Source: Chlorokybus atmophyticus (lineage: Eukaryota > Plantae > Mesostigma and Chlorokybus algae). Taken from it: a stretch of 64,000 nucleotides of DNA. The stretch covers positions 264,463 through 328,462 of the forward strand of contig RHPI01000732.1 in the NCBI GenBank assembly GCA_009103225.1, in the 5' to 3' direction. A model generated the notes under the pieces. That model did not search any database. It had not been told where the DNA came from and worked only from the letters and a program-made list of their open reading frames with translations. The position numbers and the translations under genes are program-made. Of this stretch, positions 39,040-50,250 are shown in pieces. Each line of letters opens with the position of its first letter. The first letter of the stretch is position 1.

Positions 39040-41110
39040 TTGTCCCTAACACTCCTGTCCACCACGTCGAGGTGAACAGTCAATGCCTCAAGTAGATTGA
39101 TCAAGTCTTGATGGCATCCACCAAGCTCTTTGACCTCGTCGATGAAGCGGACATCAGCGCAAGTCTCCCTATTTTACTCTGCACGCTCGGCAGCCTCTGC
39201 TTTAACCACGTCGCGGGTATACATCACGTTGCGCGCACAAAGTTCCCCTTCTTCCTGACATTGCTCCTCTGTGTGCTGTTGTATTAACCCCAGGATGCAG
39301 GCACTTGGATCCACCCAGCTCCACAGCAACAATGTACCATGTCTCTTGGTGCCCGTGACCAGAAACAGTGCTAATTGCAGCACCCTCTTGCAAGTACGCA
39401 CCAAGTTATTGCGCTAACTGTTGCTGAGATGGTATAGCTTGCTGACCTCTTTCATCTTCACATGTGCGCTCTGGGACTGCAGCTGCCACGTTATGTACCG
39501 CAGAGGTTCATGTGGCAACTTGCCATGTGTGCATTCACCAGCCACACTCCGCAGCAATGTCAGGTGCTCTTCTCTAGCTTGTTGTCGCTGCCAAGCTTGC
39601 ATGCCATCAGCCTCTGCTTGATTAAAATGAAGCGCCTCGAATGCGTCGTGCAGCCTGGCAACAAATTGTTTCAGCTGCTGCACTTGACCCTTGATATATG
39701 TTGCCACCTGCTCTAATTCTAACACTGTGCCTTGCAGGTCCTAAGTGATAGCTCTTGCATCAGCCAAGTCCTGCTGCGTCGCCTGCCAAGGTTGCAGCCA
39801 TTCAGCAACAGCATGCCAGGTACACAGCACGCTAATGTTAGGCATGTGAACTACGCAAGTTCATGCATAGTGTGCACCTGCAGCATATCCTTTAGGCGAC
39901 ACACATGCTGCTCCAGGTTGAGAACCTATGCCTCTCGGCACTCACTACCGGTGTTGGAATCTGCCAGGCTTTGCGTCGTTGCTGAACCCCATGTTGCCAA
40001 GTCCGCATACTGTGCACTCAAAACCTACAGCGAAAGAGTTGTTCTTAAGATTAATATACATGCAGCGTATTGCAACATACTGCACGTGACAATGCTTACT
40101 CACCTCCAATTGCTTGCTGGCAGCAACCAGTGCAGCTCCCTCCTAGAGCAAAGTCTCCCTCAAGCGACACTTCACCCTGGTGCACTGGTCGCCATTGTTG
40201 GCAGCCTTGGTATACAAGCCCTCAAGTTGCTCTTGCAAACACCGCTCGCTAGCCTTGCATTGTTGCAGCTCCCGTACCAGGGACTATGATTGCTCACCCA
40301 CCTTCTCTAGCCGCTGACTAACTTCACAACAGCTGGGCCCATGTAGATGAGGACCTACACGCATGCTTGGTTGCTCACGAGAACTCTGTGGACTCGCACT
40401 TGATGTGTCAGAGTGTGCACTAGTATACTCCGTTGTGTGGCATCCTCCAACTGCATCTGCAGAATACCCCTTGCAGACTCACACTTTTCAAGCCTTGTCG
40501 CTAGCTGATTGTTGTCTCCCCTGGCCATTGCTAATGCAGCTGCAGTAGTCGCCAACTCACTCAGCATGCCAACCCTCTCCAACTCCCATGCTGCTAACAC
40601 ATCCTGCATGGGGTTCACTGTCTCACATGCTTTCGTCTTTTCATAAAGAGCCATCACTATACAAGCGCACACATTGCAATCGAGCTCACAGCCTTGGCCA
40701 ACATGTCACGTCATGTCAAACGCTGACTTGCACAGAGGATAAATTGTCCGCACAAGTGTTCATGCTGTATAATGGCACTGGTCCACTGCTCATGCTTGAT
40801 TGCTGCCAACCTAACACAGTACCGGTTTCAGCAATAAGCTAAGGTGTACACTACCCATAATAAACAAGCCTAACATAAGGCGCCCTTGGACCTCCAGCAT
40901 ACTGTTGGCTGCGATCAGTTGTCTGAGGCCCTATGTGCTGTGAGCCCAAAGATGCCATGTTGTCCACGCTCTGCGACTGCATACTGTGCTCTGTGAATGG
41001 GCCCGGGATTGTCCGCAGCGTAACAGCTGGTGCAGGTGCACTCCGCGTGTTGCAGTTGCCCTGTATGGTATTGAGATCCACGTTCTCCTGGTTCTCGCAG
41101 CCACCAATCT
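39040..41110 (-). pseudogene. Spliced coiled-coil-protein pseudogene, parent gene unidentified
   Basis: E/Q/L-rich heptad-like exons (DVLAAWELERVGMLSELATTAAALAMARGDNNQLATRLEKCE; LEQVATYIKGQVQQLKQFVARLHDAFEAL) bounded by GT/AG sites, interrupted by TAG at 40143, 39926, 39741, TAA at 39174 and a frameshift near 40170. Confidence 0.45.
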
Positions 41111-41471
41111 GTTACAACCACAGCTGATGTCAGCGGCGCCCGAAATACATAGACAATGCACTCAAATTTGACAACAACTGACAGTTATCACTCATCACAT
41201 ATTGGCTGCCCAGAGGCGAGCTGATGTAATGCACTGAAGACCGGCCCACATTTCCTTCTTGAGATGCTGCTGAGCCAGGTAGACGCCACTCCGGATGCAC
41301 ACCATGTGTGTGCAAGAACAGCACATTGGCCCAACGGCACTGGTGCAAGAGTGCAGTGCATGGGCATAGAACAGAAGTGTAGTGCATGAGCATATTACAC
41401 TTGTATTCAGCAACAACAGAGTGCGCAATCAGACAGTAACTTCCAGCAACGCACGGAGCAAGCCACTTGGC

Positions 41472-41850
41472 TCAATACCTCCGAGAACAGTTAGACAATG
41501 AGTCACTGTCTGGCATGCCATCAGACAGGTTCGGATCTCTCTGCATGACATCTATCACATCCTTTCTCTTTACCCGGTACTTTCGTGCAGACTCCCGCTG
41601 CTGCAACCTACGCTTCTTTTTGGCCGCCTCATCAGCCGGTGAATTGGCTGTACGTTGTACCAAACCCTCACGCCTACTTGCACGACCAGCAATGGCCCGA
41701 GAGGCATCCTCACCGCCATTAACGTGGTCTCCACCCACGCCATGGTCCGCAGCAGAGCCAAACAGACCCCCCCCCCCTCTCGTCTCCTGGTTCACCCTTA
41801 ACACCATTAACCTGGCTATCCATCGCACTACAATCGCCACCGTCCTCCAC
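41472..41850 (-). pseudogene. bZIP-like basic-region fragment, frameshifted at a G homopolymer
   Basis: AAKKKRRLQQRESARKYRVKRK resembles a bZIP basic region. Upstream MDSQVNGVKGEPGDERGG is in another frame, and the two meet at the C11 run (41767-41777). Confidence 0.35.
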
Positions 41851-42262
41851 CAAAAGACCTCGCCGCCTCCCTCGCACATTGCAGAACAGCCAGAACCAGC
41901 ACACTTCTTATTACATCATCCCATTTGAATTTAGCAATATGCGCGCGCTGTTGTTGATACCGTTGGATTCCAGACATCGTTGACAGACACAAACAGGTAT
42001 CCCCCAAATACGCCGACACAACACAACTCAGAACGGCGGAATCCACCCCTGCTCACGTCACCCAACGGCAAACGACATAGATCGCAGTCAACAAACTTGA
42101 GGTAATCGGACCCCCCCGGCTTCCAGACTGTAAGGAGCATTATTTTGCGCACATAGCTTTGATGCACTGCCACATGCTTGCCGGAACTATTGCACCTGCG
42201 TACACCGAAGCCATCATTATGCCTCAATCCATGCGCTTCAGCAGTCAGCCAGGCCGGCGGCC

Positions 42263-44538
42263 ATGGCGGCGTTGCGGGCGGCGGGCGGTGCCTCCATGTC
42301 TGGCTGCACCGCAAACAGGCCACAGATTTCATACGCCTGCATCACTACTTCCTCCTGCCTCTGGCGCTCCTCCGCCGCCACCTCCCTCACCCCCAAGCAC
42401 AGGGCTAGCTGTGCCAGTAGGTCGCTGGGCCTACCACAGCTGAAGAGGAGGCGGCTGCTGCTGCTGCCTCAAACTCCCCATACTAGAAGAAGAAGCTCCA
42501 GTTTAAGTGCTGCGGTCACTGCTGCAGCAGTGCCTGACAGGCGGTTTGAGCCTGTGAGGGTGGGAAGGCTGCTGGTAAGACCACCGCCTCGGAAGCAACA
42601 GTTTGAGCAGGTATACATCCAGTCGGAAGGCATGCTGGGTTGACAGCTGGCATGCTGGGTTGACAAGCGATCACGCACAAGTTCAGCCAAAGTAAGTTGC
42701 ATGCAATATGCCAATGATGATGATGAAGACATTCTGGCAATGGCCGTATAGACTCTTACCCCACAGGCTAAGTGCCAAGCAATTGCAGGCAGGTCTCATG
42801 CAAGCAGGCACCATGCATCATGCACCATCAACCAGCAGGTGTCTATGAGTTAGCATTATGCAAGCCAACGAGGGGTGTAATTCAGCTGTAGTAGCCGGTT
42901 TTGGAAGGCAATGCACAAGCATGCAGCATCTGCTAAGCACATAGCAAGGACGCATGCATGCAGACATGCACTAGTTCTGTCGTGCCGTGTTGTCACAGAG
43001 CTGGTCGTCCAGTATCGTCCACTATGTCAGCTCTGCGTGCGTGTGTGTGTTAGCGTGTGCATGCACTGTCATTGGGCCAGCACCTGTGCATGTTCGTGTG
43101 CTTGAGCGTGTCAGCTGTGCAGGGTAGTGTAGACGTGAGGATTCTTATTCGCAGTGTATGCTACTTTACGCTTGCTAGCGGATGAAGGGTCCACTGCAAT
43201 GACGGTCCCACAGCTGAGCCTTGGCTAGTCCGTGGTGAGCCAAGGCTAGTCTTTGACCCGTTCCTTCGTATGCAATCAAAATAGGTTGTCTCGTGGACTT
43301 TCCAGATGTGTGGTTGATTCATTATAGACTTTCACAGTGCTTATGCTGTACGACAGCCCATCCAAGACGATCTGGTACACGTGACGTTGGCCGAGGGCGA
43401 TGCCTGGGGCACAGGCGAGCACCCAACAACTCAACTATGCCTTGACTTTCTGTCCAACACCATCACGTAAGGCAGTATTATTGGCATCAAGGAAGTTGTC
43501 ATATTGCTGTTCAGTGCTGAAAACACTCCCATGTGCTTGTGCAGGGGTGGAGAATTGGTCCTCGACTACGGCTGCGGCACTGGCATACTTTCCGTTGCAG
43601 CAATCTTGTTGGTAAGAGTGTCGGCCACTTGTTCCCATGCTCATGTGCCGTAAGCGCAACGCTGCAGCGTATGTTGTGCACCACCTGCATCTGTATACAC
43701 ATGCACACGCACAGGCATGCGCCGCCACACACACATATATATATATATACAGGCATGCAATCTGCCTGGATATCCGTTTGCACTGCTCACACAGACTGCA
43801 GCACATACCTTGCATGCTTAAAACCCTCTCAGCTGACAGGGTGCTGAACACGCGGTGGCAGTGGACATAGCGCCGGAGGCTGTTGAGGCCACGTGCAGAA
43901 ACGCACGGCTTAACAACCTGAGCGGTAAGTGGATGATGGTCGCAGTCCGGCATCAACTTCATGCTTCAAGTGCACATGCCAACTGAATGTCGAATCTTTT
44001 GTCTCTTCCAGCGCAGATGACAACATAAGAGCCTGTTTCCCTGAAGACTTTGCTGCCAAGGGTTTCATGCAAGCATTTGACATCTGCGTCATAAACATGC
44101 TGTTGAGGGTAAGGCACAAGCATATCGGTAAATTTGCCATATGCCACACAGCAGCCATTGTCACCTCAGTTGCAGCACAACATGAAAAAAAACAGAAAGT
44201 TACTCAAGACAGCACCACACTACAACACACAGCACATCACAACTTCCAACTGTTGTGTCTGATTCGTGTTGCAGGAGCAGATCCGCCTGGCCCCAGATAT
44301 CGCACAGGCCGTGAAGCCTGGCGGGTTGGTTTGCGTGTCGGGACTGACCGCCGACAATGATTTGGACTCTGCCCAGGCCGCTTATGGGAAATTCTTTAAC
44401 ATTGTTGATGGGGAGACAAAGTGCGTGCCGCATCCTGGCACGGGTGTTGAGTGGGGCAGACTTGTTGGCGTGCGCAACAGCTGCGGCATTGATGACAGCG
44501 CTGAAGCATTGGAAGCGCTCTCAGAGTCTGCATTGTAG
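42263..44538 (+). CDS. PRMA: Ribosomal protein L11 methyltransferase (PrmA-like), organelle-targeted
   Basis: ATG 42263 transit peptide; FEPVRVGRLLVRPP; EGDAWGTGEHPTTQLCLDFL; SAM motif VLDYGCGTGILSVAA; AVDIAPEAVEATCRNARLN; VKPGGLVCVSGL; stop at 44538. Confidence 0.88.
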
Positions 44539-44933
44539 TATGGAACCCACATTCACATCCAACCCGCCAAGCTGGTATTCATGTGGTTTCTTTGATAAGT
44601 ACAGCTGCAAGTCGAGTGCAGCAGACAGTTGGTGATTGCAAAGAAGAGGGGTATAACCGCGGGTTGTCATGTGTGCCTTCAGGCTAGGTGCAGAGCACTC
44701 AAAGTAGCGTATCTGCAAGAGTGTGATACCCTCTCTCAAGTGTGTCAGGTCTGTTGTTGTTGGGAGGAGTCCTCAATTCAGGCTATGTAAGCTCATGGTG
44801 TTGATAAATTGTGTTAGGTTGTCGTATACGAGTTGTTGTAGATTGTAGAAGACATAGAATGTCCATCATAGCGGAGATGGTGACTTTGTCTTTTAAGCAA
44901 GCAGCCTGCAGTATGCCCCAAGTCCACGCCTAC

Positions 44934-44984
44934 TATTGCAAAGTCAACCACCTTAGCAACGCTAAGGTGGTTGACTTTGCAATA
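44934..44984. repeat. Perfect 24-bp-stem hairpin with 3-nt loop
   Basis: tattgcaaagtcaaccaccttagc-aac-gctaaggtggttgactttgcaata. Confidence 0.97.
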
Positions 44985-46039
44985 ACAACACCGAGGCATG
45001 AGCAATACGAGAAAAGCACGTCGGTAAGTTCCGCGGGGCTGCCTATATCACCGACACATGACGAGAACATGTTAGCACAGTGCATGTACGTGCAGTAAGT
45101 TTACATGCGGTGTGCGCAGGTTGATGTAGCATACAAAGGGTCTAGCTTAGCAGCTACAGCAAGGTAGCTGTAGTTAACTGAGCTGGTAAACTACTATTAT
45201 CGGTGGCTACAGGAAGCATTTACCACACGTCGTCATGCAGGGTGTTGCACTGTGTACAATGCCATGCACGCGGATGTGCTCTCTTGCATTCGTGCGCGCA
45301 TGCATGCAAGAGAGCACAACCAGCTTCAACTGCAGCAACAACACAGAGCAACATCACACGAGCAGTAACAGATAACACGATAGAGACCCGTAGAGGCAGA
45401 GGCAGAGAGGAGCCATGCGTTACTCACCCGAGCAGCCATGGCTGGCTGTTACTGTACGACTGAAGGCTTAAAGGCCCGTTCTCTTCTTATTTTCCGCTTC
45501 ACAAAGGGGGAGGGGAAAAGGTGACAAACTGTGTCATGAACATGCTGTCCCCAAACCTTCACATGTCGGCAGCGGGTCCCATGCATACGGTTTTTGACAG
45601 ATACCAGCGCACCTCACACATCCTGGCTCAGAAACTGTGGTGCATCACAACTAAAGAAAGAAAACACTACCATATGTACACATGTGCATGACCTGTCCGC
45701 ACTGTCACTAATCTCACCCACGGCATACACACACCATCACACAACCACACTTTATGCATCGCATACACAGCAGCATACCCCTCTTGTACACTGTCAGCTA
45801 AGCACACAGTCCCACACACACTCCCACCCACTGTCAGCCATGCACACACCGTCACACATGCACACACACACCATGGCGTGTCACGCATGCCTCCCTGCAC
45901 TCACACACGCACGCACAACTTATGTGTGCTATAATAGTATATACATGCATGTGAGCGTACTAAGACCACATGCGGTGATAGTGTACAGTGCTACCAGCTT
46001 CTACATCTTCACAGTCAAAACTTCAAACTGGGTCCCTCT

Positions 46040-47490
46040 TCAGGCAGCACTGGCGGTCGAGCCGTCAACAAACACGAAGCTCGTGTTCTTGTACCGCGCG
46101 AACACCGAGTCGGGTCCCAAGTAAGTGTCGAACACGGCCCAGCAGAGTTGCGGAGACTGGATTACGGCCCGACAGCTGGCGTCGATTAACACACCTAATG
46201 AACCCCCAGGCATCCAGTGGAGGGTCACGCGGGTGCCCTTGCGTAACAACTTGATCTGCAATGGCACATGCAGTGAGGCATTTGCGTTTATATTGAAAGT
46301 TACTCTAGAAGTTGTGCCCCATGTACGCACACGCGTATAACACGTGCCGATACACACATGCTATGCGCAAGTGCTGACCTTGTTGAAGACGGTTGTGAAC
46401 TCCTTCAGGGCGTTCTTTGCGGGGCCTTTCTTCTGGTTGCCTTGAGCTGCTCTCACGCGCGGCAGAAGGGAGCGGTCAAAGCCCTGCGCGCAACCATGAC
46501 CATAGCTCTCAGCAGCTGCGAATGACATTGCGCATCCAACTGCGCACATACCCATGCACGGAGGCACGTTCGAGCACAACGTCAGGAATGCACATGACAC
46601 GCATGCCCCACGCGTAAACGCATATGCACACATGCCCGAGCATACGCTTGCATTGCCCCTCATCCTGTTACCTTTGCAATGTGATGTCCAGCTATGTCAT
46701 GCGCCATCACAAGTGTCAGCTGCTTGCCGGCACCCGGAGCTGCCAGCACGGCCGCGCACTTGTCTTCTCTGACGATGGCTGCACCATCGCCTATGACATC
46801 GCTACCATTTTCATCGACAGCGGCATTGCTCTCACGCTGGTGCAACTGCTTTGCGAGAGACTCGTCCACATACAACCCAACCGCATATGCTCGAGCCTAG
46901 AGAATAACATACACAGGGTTTTAGGATTGGGTCAGGAGGCCAAGCAGCAGCTTGCTAACTAACTACTTGTGCTAGTAAATGCTTGCTAAATGCCATGCAG
47001 TCATCGCTTGTGTGCCACTTGCCATTGAAACACAAAAGCAAGACACGGCTTACTTTTGATACGGTTGACCAAGTGGGTGAGCAATATGCATGCATGCATG
47101 GACAGGACAGAGGGGCATTTTCACCTTAGCGAAGCGGCATTGACCCAGCATGCACCGTACAGCCGTTCCTACCAACCTGTCACATGCATACAGAAGCGAC
47201 ATGCAAATGTTAGAGCATTAACATTGAAAGTAAGCAATGTGGTCATAAGCGTAGCAGCAAAGCATCAATGCTTTGAGCACTTGCTTGAAGCTTTCATCTT
47301 CAGCTGTGCTCTGCTGTGCTGGGAACTCTATGCCAGTGAAGGGCTCCACGACCACGTTGTCAGCTGATTTTCCGGCTGGGTCTGCGGCATTTTGTGCGCA
47401 GACCGACGAAGGATACAGGAGCAACGACGAGGAGGACGACAACGCCAACACCGCCGTCGCCGCCGCTGCCGCCGCCCGCCACGCCCGCAT
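46040..47490 (-). CDS. Chalcone-isomerase-fold protein (CHI-like/fatty-acid-binding type)
   Basis: ATG 47490 MRAWRAAAAAATAVLALSSSSSLLLYPSSVCAQ; VVVEPFTGIEFP; LVGTAVRCMLGQCRFAK|ARAYAVGLYVD; GFDRSLLPRVR; KGTRVTLHWMPGG; IQSPQLCWAVFDTYLGPDSV; TGA at 46040. Confidence 0.8.
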
Positions 47491-47656
47491 GCTAGACAAC
47501 TTAATCGACCGATCCGGTTGCGTACGGTTGGAGCTGCTGAACTCGAGTTGTGTAAGTGGGGTTCAACGAGCTGGATGTGGAATTGCGACGTGGAGCTTTG
47601 TGGCAGCGCGACCCTTGAACCGGATTGCGTGCTATCGCGTTAGCGGCTGAAATTGC

Positions 47657-47684
47657 ATTAGGGTTTGTCACGCCAATTAGGGTT
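47657..47684. promoter_or_regulatory. Telo-box (AAACCCTAAT, reverse strand) plus a second partial copy upstream of plastid RPS6
   Basis: attagggttt at 47657-47666 and attagggtt at 47676-47684. Telo-boxes are known from plant ribosomal-protein and translation gene promoters. Confidence 0.55.
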
Positions 47685-47731
47685 GGCGGCGGCGGCGTGG
47701 GTGGTGTGGCTGGGGCTTGGTGAGGAGCGCA

Positions 47732-48655
47732 ATGGCTGCGATTGCGTGCTCCCCTGCAGTGGTTGGTAGGACTGCCGCCGTGACCTCCCCGGCCAGGACC
47801 AGCACCAGCAGCAGGCCGGGCCTCAAGAAGCCCCATGCGGCGGCGTCGCTGAGGCGGCCAGCCTATTTGCCGGTGAGGTCCCACTCGCGACCCCGGCCGC
47901 AGCGCCATATCGCTCTTGCTGCGCTCGCGACAGAAGAAGAGGTGGCTGTGCCGGAGGAGCTTGAGGTGAGGAAAACCTGCTTGTTACTGCTTTTGATCTT
48001 GACTAGTGGCAATGCCTGGATTGGTCAATTACAATGCCAATGGATTTGGCATTGTTTGCAAAGAATAATCTACGGGTTGTGTGCACACGCGAGAAACTTC
48101 CATATGCAAGCGTGGGGTTCTTGTGTACAGTGACATACGCATTGAACTTGCACTGCGCAAGCATTGGCACTTCACCCGATGCGTGTGTCTAGCAGCGCAA
48201 TGCACTGTGCTGAGTTGCATGTGTCGCATTTGTTACAGAATACAGCTCAATTTGCGTCTGAATGTTGCTAGATGGTTATTAGTACCAAGTATGCTGTTGC
48301 AATGCAGCGCGAACTTTGCAGTGTAGAACCAGTACCTTGTTGATGTTGAGTGGCTTGTGCAGTTGGAGAACCCTCCCAGGCAGTATGAGACTCTTGTGGT
48401 TTTACGCCCGGACTTGACGGAGGCCGAGCGCACTGCCTCGTCGGAAGACTACGAGCGGTTGCTGACCGACAACGGTGCCATGGACATTGAGCTCATCAAC
48501 AGGTATAATCAATGGAACAGCACCAAAGTTTGATAGGGCAACAACGACTCACAGTCATTATGCCCACCTCTTGACAAATGTGCATCTAACAGAGTTGACG
48601 CTGCATGCATACACAGACACACGCACACGCGCGTGCACGCGCCTGCGTGCGTGTG

Positions 48656-48711
<56 letters not shown>

Positions 48712-49068
48712 TGTGGGTGCATGCGTGGGTGAGCGTGGGTGTGCGCGGGTGCATGTTTGTGCGGGCGTGTGTGATTGTGGGGTGACCATGTTTGCTTTCA
48801 TCGTCATTCACATTCACTAGCTGGCATCACCTTCGTCACTGAGTATACGCTCTGTGACATTGTCATTATTAGGGGGACAGGCCCTCTGGCATACAATATC
48901 AAGAAGGCGAATCCTGCGGGAGAGCCAGTGACTTACACCGATGGCTCAGGCGTGCTGTTCGTGTACACGGCGCCGTCCACTGCCATTCAGCCCTTTGCCG
49001 CCAAGCTGCAGCTCGATTACGACGTGTTGCGCTTCCAGACCTTCCAGGCCAAGCCTCTGAAGCTGTAA
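47732..49068 (+). CDS. PRPS6: Plastid 30S ribosomal protein S6 (bS6c) with transit peptide
   Basis: ATG 47732 MAAIACSPAVVG.. transit peptide; exon 2 RQYETLVVLRPDLTEAER..ELINR; exon 3 GTGPLAYNIKK..LQLDYDVLRFQTF; TAA at 49068. Confidence 0.9.
48662..48708. repeat. (TA)n microsatellite in RPS6 intron 2
   Basis: About 23 TA units, read directly. Confidence 0.97.
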
Positions 49069-49138
49069 ACAATACACTCGGCATGTTTACTCCAACGCTC
49101 TTACACGTGTATCAAGGATTGATAAATATCTACCGCCG

Positions 49139-50250
49139 ATGACACATGGCAGTTGTTATTACAGCCAGCTTAGTCTTGCACTTTTGCTGTTGGTGTTGGC
49201 AAGCTGTCCCGCCAGGATGCGCCGTGCGGTGCCCAATCTACCTACCTTTGTTGTATGGCATTACTATCGCGGGTATGCTGTTGACTGGTTGCATCAGATT
49301 TGCAGCAGCACTTTACCAATGCACTGCATGTGGCAGACTATTGGTGTTGCGGCTGTATGTGTTGTTTTTGTACAATTGTGGGTCTGCGTACAAACACAAT
49401 TGACGCTAAATGCACTGTATGACTGTCTTGTGGTAAACACATTGCGAAAGAAACCTCCATGTATCTTTGGCTGCATTGAGGCAGCAGGAACAACAGGTAG
49501 ACAAGCACGGCACAACTTCACACTTGTATGCACATTTCGATTGCCTTTATCTCTTAACAGGCGGACAAAGAATGCAATAGCTCTGCAACTGCTTTCATGC
49601 ATATGCACACACATGTTGCGCCAGCGGATTGGGATACCAATGGGCAACAGTGCGGGGGTTCATCTAGCCAATCTCTTTCTCCTGACGTACAAGCTGGACT
49701 TCATGAAGGGTTTGAAGACAGTTGCACGTCCAGATAGCTTGAGTCGGTTTGCTACACATGTGTTGCGCTGCATCGACGATCTGATCGCCGCTGATGTCCC
49801 AGAGTTGCAGGACATGTTGTACTCGCAAACCGATGCACCGGCGGCTGGCATTTATCCTGAGCACATGCTGACAGTGGCAAATTCAAAACGCGCATGAAGG
49901 CCACAGTGTGCCATTTCTTTATGTGTGTGTGTTCCAGACTCCGGACGCCACGGTGGGCCTCGCCACGAGACAATACAGCAAGTTGGACGACCAAGTCTTT
50001 GCGGGAATACGTCGGCATGGAGCACCACTGCCGGAAGCCAACCTGCCACGGTCCACCAAGCTGGGTGTTGTTACCTCTCAGTTCATCCGTTTTCATCGCC
50101 TGTGCTCATATCGTGATTTCGCGATTTCGTCACCGCCACTGCCCGATTGTCGGGAGACATGTCCGAGCATGGAGGATACAAGCGACGTGCGTTGTTGGAG
50201 AAGCCTCGGGGCCAGTTGGGAGGCAGCAATGCCTGTATCATGTCGACACG
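49139..50250 (+). mobile_element. Decayed Penelope-like retroelement reverse transcriptase fragment
   Basis: RQRIGIPMGNSAGVHLANLFLL; RCIDDL (YIDD with Y to C); GIYPEHML; after a frame break PFLYV..LATRQYSKLDD..NLPRSTKLGVVTSQFIRFHRLCS, matching PLE thumb motifs (YDKRDDF..SNIP..YGVYISQLIRY). Stops and frameshifts present; no endonuclease seen. Confidence 0.8.
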
